A DNA stretch of 63,325 nt, the filler included, from Stramenopiles sp. TOSAG23-3 (lineage: Eukaryota), in NCBI GenBank assembly GCA_900128585.1. It is 7 parts of 7 records of this genome, joined end to end, with 100 filler letters (N's around TTAATTAATTAA, not from the genome) between each part and the next. Parts side by side here need not be neighbours in the genome. Positions count along the whole stretch, not along the records: positions 14,425 to 28,732 come from LT642574.1; positions 28,833 to 43,127 come from LT642575.1; 5 more parts are not named here. One strand, written 5' to 3'. The translations under genes and the position numbers were made by a program. The notes under the pieces are model-generated. The model was given only the letters and a program-made list of their open reading frames with translations. It ran no database searches and had not been told where the DNA came from. Below are positions 22,317 through 31,800 of this stretch, piece after piece (within the stretch, counting starts at the first letter, position 1; each line of letters starts with the position of its first letter).

Positions 22317-23180
22317 TTATTCCAACTCCTTCAAAATCTTCTCCTGGTCTTCCGACAACTCCCCTTCCTTCAGGCTTGCGATTTTCGCTTCTTTTTCTAG
22401 CTTGGATTTCTTCGCTGTTTCGGCTTTGAACTGCTCCTTTAAAATGTCCACGCTGTTTTGGATTCGGTCCAAGTTTTCGTGGGTTGGAGCTCCTTTAAAT
22501 TGCTTGCCAAGGCGTTCCTTTTCGTGGACAATGCCCGCCCGTTCGTCCCTCAACTCCGCGATTCGGTAGTCGACGCGCTTGCGTGCAGTCTCGTAATCTA
22601 TTCTGTTTTTCTCGAGCTTGTCTTCCATGTCGAATTTTGCGCCTTCTACGGTGCGCAAGTACTCGTGGTTTGCAATTTGCAGGGAGACGTTGTACGTCGC
22701 CTCGCGCTCCTGCGCTTTGGTCATGTTTTTGACGCCCAAGGTTTGGAGGGCCGCCTGCAATTCCTGCGCCTTGGAGCTGCTTTCTTTCAATAGTTTTTCT
22801 GCCCTCTCAACCTTCACCTGGTTCTCGTACTTGTCTTTCTCCGCCCTTGCCAAGGCCTCTTCTAGGGCATGGACTACGTTGTCCTGGGATTTGACGTGCA
22901 TCTTGGCTACTGCCATCATTTGCTGCAAGTCCGAGGTGTTAAGCTTCAGGGCCTGCACCTCGCTTCCCGCGTACGGGGGCAAGTACGGCATCTCCGGCTT
23001 CTCTCGCAGTTCTCGCAGCTCTGCTTTCAGCTCACGCTCCAGTTGGCCAAGGAAACCGTCCAGAAAATCCTCCCCCCCGAGTTCTGTCTTCACAGGCGAG
23101 GACGACCTGACCGACGTGGCATACGAGCAACTTAAACTAATAACACCAACTAGTGCAACACCAAAGTACAAAGTTCGCAT
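22317..23180 (-). CDS. Secreted coiled-coil protein
   Basis: 287 aa; signal peptide MRTLYFGVALVGVISLSCSYA; heptad-rich body. Confidence 0.8.
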   Translation of the reverse strand: MRTLYFGVALVGVISLSCSYATSVRSSSPVKTELGGEDFLDGFLGQLERELKAELRELREKPEMPYLPPYAGSEVQALKLNTSDLQQMMAVAKMHVKSQDNVVHALEEALARAEKDKYENQVKVERAEKLLKESSSKAQELQAALQTLGVKNMTKAQEREATYNVSLQIANHEYLRTVEGAKFDMEDKLEKNRIDYETARKRVDYRIAELRDERAGIVHEKERLGKQFKGAPTHENLDRIQNSVDILKEQFKAETAKKSKLEKEAKIASLKEGELSEDQEKILKELE

Positions 23181-24165
23181 GGTGTTTGTTTCGTTCCGTT
23201 CCGTCTACGTCTTTCTTTTTTGTGCAGGCTTTGCTCTAAATTACAAACACACAAAACTGAAACCAAATGGATCCGCGTGTACACAGACTATATTTTTCCT
23301 CTTCTCCCCTTTTTCTTAGAGTAACCTTTCTTTCTTTCTTTCTTTCTTCCATTCATTCAACCCGAAACCCTTTCATTCATTCACTCACTCGCTCGCTCAC
23401 TCACTCACTCATTCATTCACTCACTCACTCACTTTATCCCATAAAAAGGAAGGTTATAAATAGAGGCATCATATAAAATATAATTAAATACAATAATATA
23501 GAAGTAACATTGTAATTCTATCCTTTCATGTATAGTCCGATTCCCCTATCTAAATTATACATAATATGTATTTACAATTGTAGACTTAAACTCCAGGAGG
23601 AAGGAAGGAATATAAGAAGGAATTTAAATAAGAAGTTCTTATTCTTACTCCCCTCTTTTTTTAATCATTTCAAAGGAAAAGGAAGGTCAAATGACGCCTC
23701 ATTTATATATGAGAATATAGAATTAGTATTAGGATTAGGGTTATATTATTAGAAGAAGTACGAGGAGTATTATAAGAAGTAGCTATAGCCATACCTCTAT
23801 ACGTCGCTTCGCTCTCCTTGCTTCATTTTTAAAAGGAGCGAGAAGCAAGACGTAGAAGACGAGACACCATTACGAGCCTGCCTCATAGTGTGAAGGGGCC
23901 AGCTGGCCAGGGCCGTTATTTTCCCTCATCATTAATTCTATTAATGTGGACATATTAATTAATAATTATTAATAATAAATTAATAATCAATATCCATATA
24001 TCACACATATCACACATCACACACATCACCAATCACCACTACAATTCATCATACAATCATCATATAATAATAATTATAATATTGAAAACGCAACCGCGAG
24101 ACGGAAAGAATGCATTGAGAGACTGGAGGTGAGTTGAAGCCACCTTATCGACGTTTGCCAACAAC

Positions 24166-27100
24166 ATGGAAAAACAAAAAAAAGGACTGCCGAAGCGTGA
24201 CGAGGCTAGGGAACCGATGGACCTTACTGGTGGTCTTGGAGCCGGAGGCGATGAATTAATTATTTTGGAAGCGCGCTACGGTTGGACGCAAGATCTTTGG
24301 AATGCTAAACAATTGGCCACCACGGCACTTTCCGGATTTAAGGACGTAACTGCCATTGTGCAGGCAGACGTATCGAACAACGAGTTGCGTTTGGACCCAA
24401 AGGAAGATCCTACTTGGTACGAGAAGCATTTTGACTTTGGCATTTTTCATTATGTCGGCGGGGTTCGGCGGCTAGGGGTACGGTATAAGTTTGGGAAAGA
24501 AGGTGCGGAGGAGGTGTTCATGTCCAAGACACGTCATAAGAGACATGGCAACTGCAGTATCCCCTTAGTCTTTATCAGTGCTCGTACTGTTGTTGGTGGT
24601 GTTGGTGGTAACAAGGGGACCGAAGTTGCGACCCTTGCGCAAGAAAAAGAGAGCGAGGCCATGGTGGCCACGAGGACCGCCCTTGAGAAGCTCCAAATGA
24701 ACAACATGTCGGAGCTCGTCGATACGATCCTCTCTGATACAGGCTCAAACGAACAACGCATAATGTTCATGACAACGACGCATGTAGAACTTTTCCAGGT
24801 CTCCATGGTGCCTCAGCTGCTTGATGCGTTTGAGATAATTGGTACACCATCAGTGGTCATCAACGCCAGAGACGCGTGGTGCTGGCGAGAGCACAATAAG
24901 ACACACAAGTTTTTCGAGGGCTGCGATGCCATGGACGCGAGTGAGAGCAAGACCCTTCAGCACCAGGTACAACTCTTTGTAACTGAAGTACTCATGCCTA
25001 TCATTGTGGAGAACAATGCGTTGGTTATTTGCCGGGGCAATTCACAAGATGGACTCGCTATGGCACTGGGCAATGCATTTGCGAAGCTGCGCCCGACAAA
25101 TGCCATGATGCAATCTGGCAAGCGCCCACGGCTACTTGCACTAATCGATGCTGCTGTCATCAACGCTGCTAGCCGTAGAAAAGGCACTGAGATTTATAGG
25201 GTAGCACGAGCGTGCGATAAGAGCACTCGCGGTAGTACCACACAAGGCTGGAACTGCTTCTCAGACCCTAAATTTAAGCATGTAGCCGAGGATTGGCCAG
25301 ATCACCATAGACACTACGACTTGATCCCCGGGGCGACAGACATCTTGGTGACGCGAACTGAGCCTACTCTCTTGAAGAATTCGCTCGTTCAGTTCTTCAG
25401 TAGTGGATTTGGCCAGGTTCCATGCATCAACATTCAAGCTGCAGGTTTAGAATACCCCGGGATGGATGGGTTATTAGACGTGATAAACCGTCGATCACCA
25501 ATTCTCCTCCTTGACTCGCGTCTGCGCGGACGTTTTCCGCGTGCCAAGGGCTTCGAGCCTAATCAGCAAAAAGATGAGCGAATCGAACCCGATGTACATG
25601 ATCCTGATTGGTGGAAACCACAAAACAGTCGCCATTCTCCGAGTGAGCTCACGAAATCTTTTTACGAGCGGCTCAATGGAAGGCAAGGACCCCCCGTAAC
25701 TGTTGCCGAGGCGATGGACGAAATTATTCGCGGACATTGCGAGCTTCTCCTAGGAACACATGGCGCAGCGCAGATTCTTTATGAAACACACAGCGATGCA
25801 CAGCCGCTCAAGCGGGGGTATGAGAAACAATTTGACCACCATATGATTGGTATTATTGCACTTGTCAACCAGGTACTTTCTGGCAAGGGTCGGTGCCTTG
25901 CGGGAGAACGAGCTCATGTTGCAGATTTGTTTCATACAAAGCATAACAAAAAGAAGAATATGGCGAAGAAACGGGACAAATATTCAAGCACCTCGCGTGA
26001 CATCAGCAAAACTTCGGTGATGCCGATCGGACAAGTTGTCGACGAATGTCAACAATGGCCAGATGGAATACCGAAGAATCACATCAATATACTGCCAATT
26101 GGGGCAGCAATTGCAGAGCTTTCTACACCAAAAATGGAGCCGACAAACATGAAGGTGCCCACAGAATTGCCCTCCGAGGTTGCGAAGGCTGCGGCATGCG
26201 ATCCCACGTTCACACAATTAATTAACTGGCTATCTGCACTCGATCAAGTGGTAGTAGGGCACGACGACGAGATTTTGACGGGCACTATAAAGAAAGTTTG
26301 GCAGCAGGAAAAGCTTCATGAGCATTGCATGGGAGGATTGTACGATGTCCTTTTTGACGGTGCCGAGAAAGAGGAGATTCGAGTGCCCAGGCGATTCACT
26401 CACGGGGGTTCTCAGATCCTGTATCCGGTCGTCGACTCTGTTTGCGACAAATCGCTCGGGGGTGGAGAATTCCTCGCCAATGAAAAACTTGAGGTTGGAA
26501 TGCGAGTCTATGGTCGGTCAAGGAGCACGGTTATGGCACGCTTGAAAACCCTTGCGAGCTGGCGGACAGCAGAATTCAAATCCGGTGACTCTGAAGATGA
26601 CGCTAAGTGGATGCAATTACACTGCCTGCTCAAGGAGGCTTCTCGTTTCGGCGGACCCTTTGGGGGCGCAAACGGCTCCTCGCAACTGATTAAATCTGGG
26701 AGTTTGTTCCATCTCACCGAAGTCAAGCGTGTCCTTGACGAACATTTTGACCATCTCGACCGGCTCCCGACCTGCTGCACGCTGCAGGAGCTCAAAGTGA
26801 TTCGTGAAACTTGGAACGTCATTGACACTGCAGAGAAGGGGGCAAATCGTGCCAAGGCGGAGACGAAGCTCGCGTTCAAGATGAGTCTTCTACTTGGAAC
26901 TGCCATTGCCAGTCTCTCAGTGATCGCTCCTATGTACCCGGATATCAAGGACTTGGGGCCAGCAATTGTCGGATTATCTTTGATTTCCTCGCTCGTTACA
27001 AGCTTCGTAATTTATAGAAATCCAAAGCAGCGATGGGAGCAACTGCGAGCAGCTGCGCTTCTCTTGGAAAGTGAGGTATGGCAGTTCCGCACACGGACTT

Positions 27101-27861
27101 GCAGTTATGGCACAAGCCTCGACATTGCGAAATATGGAACGCCGAAAGATAGACTTTGTAGGGTTCTCAACGAGATGCGAGTCGTGGTTTTGGAAAAAGC
27201 CGGTGTGAAGCAGACGACTTTCTTACACGAAAACGCCAAAGAAAGTATGGCCGCGAACATTTTCAAGCACGGACAGTACGATTTTATGGGTCTTGATCAA
27301 AAGGTGACAAACGGAAAGAAAGATAATAAGGAACCGAACGACGAGGAGGCAAAGTCACGTTTGTTGCTCCGCTCGTTTGACACTCACCACTCCCCACTGG
27401 AAGCGGATGCATATGTTACGCTTCGGTTGGATCACTTTATTCGCTTCTACCAGCGACGGCTTCCTCACAACTATAGAAACCGCACTATTGTGCACATGCT
27501 GCTGGTGCTGGGTACGTTGGTAAATGCACTGCTCGCCTTTATTGGCCAGGTTCCGTGGGTTGCTTTAGTGACAGTCATCTCGAGCGGGGTGACTTCCTGG
27601 AGCGAGTTTGCCGGGAGTGAGAAGAAATTAGAACGTTACTCTTCAGGCATTACCACGCTGAAGAACCTCAAGATGTACTGGGAGAGCCTAGACCAGACGT
27701 CTCGTGCAAATACACAATCTATTGACCACCTAGTTAAAATGACGGAGGATATCATTGGTGGAGAGAGCCGGGCATGGCTTGCGACGAGTCAAAGTGCAAA
27801 ATCTCTTGCTGAACCAGTTGGAGAGCAATCGAGCGGTGTTGAGAACAAAAAGCGTGTTTGA
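24166..27861 (+). CDS. SLOG(LSDAT/TRPM-like) + tandem SLATT 2TM effector-domain protein with N-terminal DUF3395-like domain
   Basis: ELIILEARYG...DVTAIVQ...LGVRYKF (DUF3395-like); PSVVIN...IVENNALVICRG...LIPGATDILV...VPCINIQAAG...PILLLD (SLOG-like); 2TM+PKQRWEQLRAAALLLESEVWQFRTR; Y..LRL...FY.RR+2TM+LERYSS..W (DUF4231/SLATT-like). Confidence 0.75.
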   Translation: MEKQKKGLPKRDEAREPMDLTGGLGAGGDELIILEARYGWTQDLWNAKQLATTALSGFKDVTAIVQADVSNNELRLDPKEDPTWYEKHFDFGIFHYVGGVRRLGVRYKFGKEGAEEVFMSKTRHKRHGNCSIPLVFISARTVVGGVGGNKGTEVATLAQEKESEAMVATRTALEKLQMNNMSELVDTILSDTGSNEQRIMFMTTTHVELFQVSMVPQLLDAFEIIGTPSVVINARDAWCWREHNKTHKFFEGCDAMDASESKTLQHQVQLFVTEVLMPIIVENNALVICRGNSQDGLAMALGNAFAKLRPTNAMMQSGKRPRLLALIDAAVINAASRRKGTEIYRVARACDKSTRGSTTQGWNCFSDPKFKHVAEDWPDHHRHYDLIPGATDILVTRTEPTLLKNSLVQFFSSGFGQVPCINIQAAGLEYPGMDGLLDVINRRSPILLLDSRLRGRFPRAKGFEPNQQKDERIEPDVHDPDWWKPQNSRHSPSELTKSFYERLNGRQGPPVTVAEAMDEIIRGHCELLLGTHGAAQILYETHSDAQPLKRGYEKQFDHHMIGIIALVNQVLSGKGRCLAGERAHVADLFHTKHNKKKNMAKKRDKYSSTSRDISKTSVMPIGQVVDECQQWPDGIPKNHINILPIGAAIAELSTPKMEPTNMKVPTELPSEVAKAAACDPTFTQLINWLSALDQVVVGHDDEILTGTIKKVWQQEKLHEHCMGGLYDVLFDGAEKEEIRVPRRFTHGGSQILYPVVDSVCDKSLGGGEFLANEKLEVGMRVYGRSRSTVMARLKTLASWRTAEFKSGDSEDDAKWMQLHCLLKEASRFGGPFGGANGSSQLIKSGSLFHLTEVKRVLDEHFDHLDRLPTCCTLQELKVIRETWNVIDTAEKGANRAKAETKLAFKMSLLLGTAIASLSVIAPMYPDIKDLGPAIVGLSLISSLVTSFVIYRNPKQRWEQLRAAALLLESEVWQFRTRTCSYGTSLDIAKYGTPKDRLCRVLNEMRVVVLEKAGVKQTTFLHENAKESMAANIFKHGQYDFMGLDQKVTNGKKDNKEPNDEEAKSRLLLRSFDTHHSPLEADAYVTLRLDHFIRFYQRRLPHNYRNRTIVHMLLVLGTLVNALLAFIGQVPWVALVTVISSGVTSWSEFAGSEKKLERYSSGITTLKNLKMYWESLDQTSRANTQSIDHLVKMTEDIIGGESRAWLATSQSAKSLAEPVGEQSSGVENKKRV

Positions 27862-28230
27862 TGACTCATTCCTTGGTTACCCTGTAGTACTGCACACCAC
27901 TATCCTCGAACGAATGATAAATAATGTAAAAAATTAAGGAACTGCAAAACGTAAATTGTGATGATAGTGGTGTATCATACAATTTATATATTAATATTAT
28001 AATTTTAATAATTCTCTTACTTAAATAATTTAAAGATTTTATTAATACGTACTACGATTCGCATACGAAATATACACACATGTATGAGTTTGCTACAGCG
28101 AACACACTACGAGTTCGCCCGTTGCACGCACGCTTAAAGAAGGGCGAGACTTTTGGAGAAAATAATTTTAAACGCCAATATTATAATTTAAGAATATATC
28201 ATACTATATAAGATCAAACTAAAAAATCGA

Positions 28231-28288
28231 GATAGGATTAGGGTTGGATTTGAAGTTAGTATTTGATTTAAAATGAGAGTCTTAAAAC
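28231..28288 (+). repeat. Dispersed repeat family copy GATAGGATTAGGGTTGGATTTGAAGT...AAAATGAGAGTCTTAAAAC
   Basis: Closely similar reverse-complement copy at 46991-47055; partial copy at 3266-3403. Confidence 0.85.
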
Positions 28289-28442
28289 GGAGGAAAAATA
28301 TCTCGCCGGTTCCTACATGTCTAAGACACGTAGAAGTGGTGAAATACGTATCCTCCGCCTCCGGCGCCGAACAGGCTCAAGATGATGATCAGAGCAATGA
28401 TTCCACCATCGAGTACGAAAGTTAGTACGTTCTGTTTTAAAA

Positions 28443-28732
28443 TTAAAAGACGAACGCCAACAAAAACACTGCAGGCAGGCACATCATTAGGCTCGCGTAC
28501 AGCGTTGTTGCGGACGACAAGTTGTTAGGTTCCACAAAGTTTTCGCTTGGCGATGGTGATACCGAGTCTGGAGTGGATGATGGCGATGGTGATGCCGCAC
28601 TAGGACTCTGGGAGCTACTGGACGTCGGACAGGCAGCGCCAGAGGTCACAAACGCCCCGCTGAGGTCACACGTCTTGGTCACGTTCGCGAACGACCCGGC
28701 GTTGCCGTTGGTGCAGGTGTAAATGATGGACC
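28443..28732 (-). CDS. 3' fragment of a cell-surface protein (CCP/Sushi-like module, Ser/Pro stalk, GPI-anchor signal)
   Basis: Open from the contig edge: SIIYTCTNG...KTCDLSGAF...CP, Ser/Pro-rich linker, LSSA omega-like site, hydrophobic tail. Confidence 0.7.
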
Positions 28733-28832
28733 NNNNNNNNNNNNNNNNNNNNNNNNNNNNNNNNNNNNNNNNNNNNTTAATTAATTAANNNNNNNNNNNN
28801 NNNNNNNNNNNNNNNNNNNNNNNNNNNNNNNN
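28733..28832. other. Artificial contig linker
   Basis: N44-TTAATTAATTAA-N44. Confidence 0.98.
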
Positions 28833-28865
28833 TCCTCCTCCTCGACATCTAGCCGGAAACGATTC

Positions 28866-31800
28866 ATGTCCCCGGTGCCGTCCCTGACGGCGAAGCATAG
28901 AACTCCGTCGGGGGTCGCAGAGGCACCGTGGTCTTGCATCTTGTGCCGCCACAAAAACAAAGCGCTGGGGCGCGCGACGGGCAATAGAGTGTGCGCCAAC
29001 TGCCGCATCGCGCTGGGTAGGAATGCGTCGTTGAAAAGCAAAAACTGTGGTCTGGAACACCTTGGGAAAGAAGGCAGCCTTGTATTTGACGGTATAATCT
29101 TCGATCCAAGGTTGTGGGGAACTAAGGCGCGAATGCACTCGGGGTGGCCCCAGGCGTGGGAAATATTGCGTGCCCAGGGCTGGTCCTTGGGTTTGAAAGC
29201 GAACCAAAAAATCCAGGCCCCGTTTAGATACGATGGCGAGTTTCAAATTCCAGAAAGCAGGGAGGCGCGGGGCTTTAAATCCGTGCGTGACGCGGTAGAG
29301 TATATTTTTGAGCATGGGTTAAAGATCCCGAACTTCGTCCAGTACGATGGAGTCTTTGTGTCTTTGAAGGAGTCGTGGCACGTAACCCTGAAGACGTTGC
29401 GAGTGGAGCTTGGCTGGTCCATTTCGAACAAAAATACGAACAAAACCCTAACCTACGTAGAACCAAGAAAGGTTGGTGTGCGAGACCTGCAAACGAGATT
29501 TTCCAGCGAAATTGCGGTTCTGACCCATTTGATTGTCAACGGCAAGGCGAGAGACCACGAGAGCGATACGGGATCCGACAGCGACGAGGAGCAGGAGCCG
29601 CCTCCGTCCCCCGATGACCAACATTCCCCTAGTAACCAAACCCTCGCTATTTACCACGCGACGGCAGGTCAGTCCTGGAAAGACGCATGGTACCTGTTGA
29701 AAGAGGCGGGCTGGAGAAGTTGCGCTGGCGGGGCGTTGTCCAAGACGATGTTTGTGGCGCCCGGCTTTTCTCCGACAGGGAGACGCGCAGGGGTAATGGG
29801 TGTAAATATGTTTCGATCGAAAGAGAAGTTACTGATGCACGTTAACCTGACCTTAAAAAAGTTCGGTAACCATGTTGCGAAATCCGTTCCTGCCGACTAC
29901 AGCGATATTGACGTAACCCTGGGGTTTAGGACAGCGTGGCGAAAACTTCGAGCCATGGGCTGGCAGCAGAGGCCTCTCGATTACGTTGCAGGGGGCTCTC
30001 GATTACGGGGTATGATGTACATGCGCCCCATGGAGCATCTCGGCAAAATTGAAATTGAAGGCCTGAATGTATTTAAGAGTCCGGGCGATGTCTTAAGGCA
30101 CATCACCTCCGAGAGGGCGAAATCTGCGAACGGTACGGCCGGGGAACGCGAAGGGGTGGGCGAGAGGGGGAGCGAGGAGGAGGAGAGAGAGAGCAGTATC
30201 AATGACGAGGAAGAGGACAGCGACGATGGGTCGGACGACGGCTTTGTCCCAGTCCCAGACTACAGCATATTGGACTTGGACGCGCCTTTCCGTGACATAT
30301 GGTACTTGCTGAAGCAGGCGGGCTGGAGTTACTGTCGAGGAGACGACGTGTACTCATTTTTCTATCTGAGACCGGGGATCCACAAGAAAACCGAAGGTGT
30401 CATGGGCAAAACGATGTTCCGAAATCACGCGGAAGTCAAAGCTGCCATTCGCCAAATACTGGCAGGAAAAAAAGTCAACGTTACCCCAAAAGTTTTGCTC
30501 CATATGAGCAGACGGCGTGGACAGCACGCCCCAAAAAATATAGGGAAAGCAAATGGCGTTTCTTCTGGAGAGAAGAAATGCATCAGCAGCGCAAAAACGA
30601 AGGCTGGGCCGTCAGGCCAGGGGGGCGGGGCGGCAGCGAAGAAACTGAATCCCAAAGCCTTGAGACAGAAGAAGGCGGAAGAACAAAAAGCCTTGAAGGC
30701 CTTGCAGCGGAAGAAGGCGAAAGAAGAAAAAGCCTTGCAGCGGAAGAAAAGAGAAGAAGAAAAAGCCTTGAAGGCCTTGCAACGGAAGAAGATTGAAGAA
30801 GAGAAGGCCTTGAAACGGAAGAAAAGAGAAGAAGAAAAGGCCTTAAAACAAAAGAAGATAGAAGAAGAAAAAGCGTTGGAGGAGAAGAAAATCGAAGAAG
30901 AGAAGGCCTTGAGACTAAAGAAAATAGCGGAAGAAAAGGCGAAGCAAACACAGAAAAAAATTGAATGGGGAAATGCATGGCATCTGTTGAAACAAGCAGG
31001 TTGGACCCATTGCTCTGGCGACCTCGTCTACCCGTACTACTATCTTAAGGAGGGCGTGAAAAAATCCACCGGCGTGTTTGGGGTGGACAAATTCAGGACA
31101 CCAGGGGAGGTATTGGAACACTGCCGAAAGAATGACATCGACGTTTTCTCACGAAGAAGCCCGTCATTTTCAAAAAAGGCGGCACGAAAAAAAAATGTGG
31201 TGATAGTGACTAAGAAGAAAAAGAAGGGCCGTAAAAAAAAGGGCCACAAACTCAACTTGAACGGCGATTGGAATGATATATGGCACTTGTTGAAGCAGGC
31301 GGACTGGGGCTACGTAAAGGGCGACCAGTTCACTTCGTACTTTTTCACAAAGCCCGGGGTGGCGAAAAAGAGCGAAGGCGTGCTTGGGGAGACGATGTTT
31401 CGAACTCCCGATGACGTGATTAAGCATTGCAAAGAAATAGGAATGCATAACCAACCTTTGGACATGGAATCGTCAGAGGACGAAGTAGAAATCGTTGAAG
31501 TGAAGCGCCCGGCCCCGAAGAAGAAGAAGCGCAAATTTGCGGACAGCGGGAAATCGAAAGCGTTAAAATCCATGCACACGCTCTTCCGCAAGGAAGTAGA
31601 CATCGATGGCAACTGGAGGGATTTGTGGGAAGATTTAGTGCACGCAGGTTGGAAATGGCGCGCAGGGGTGGGAGACTTCAAGTACATGTATTTCTCCCCG
31701 GGGGCAAACGCAGAAACAGCGAAGCTAGGGGTCGATATGTTTGTATCCGAGCGCGACGTTATTGAATACCTGCGAGCAGAACTTACTAAACTCGCAGAAG

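Noticed and set aside
23801-23915. Imperfect hairpin and GGCCAGCTGGCC palindrome upstream of the SLOG-SLATT gene, and a TCGCCC/GGGCGA hairpin at ~28115-28147 downstream, as transposon ends
   Set aside because: The two sides share no TIR, TSD or Helitron CTRR end, and no transposase is present
30655-30940. Nucleotide repeats GAAGAAAAAGCCTTG as a CRISPR or minisatellite element
   Set aside because: In-frame coding EEKAL..KK helix repeats inside ORC5; eukaryotic context with no cas genes
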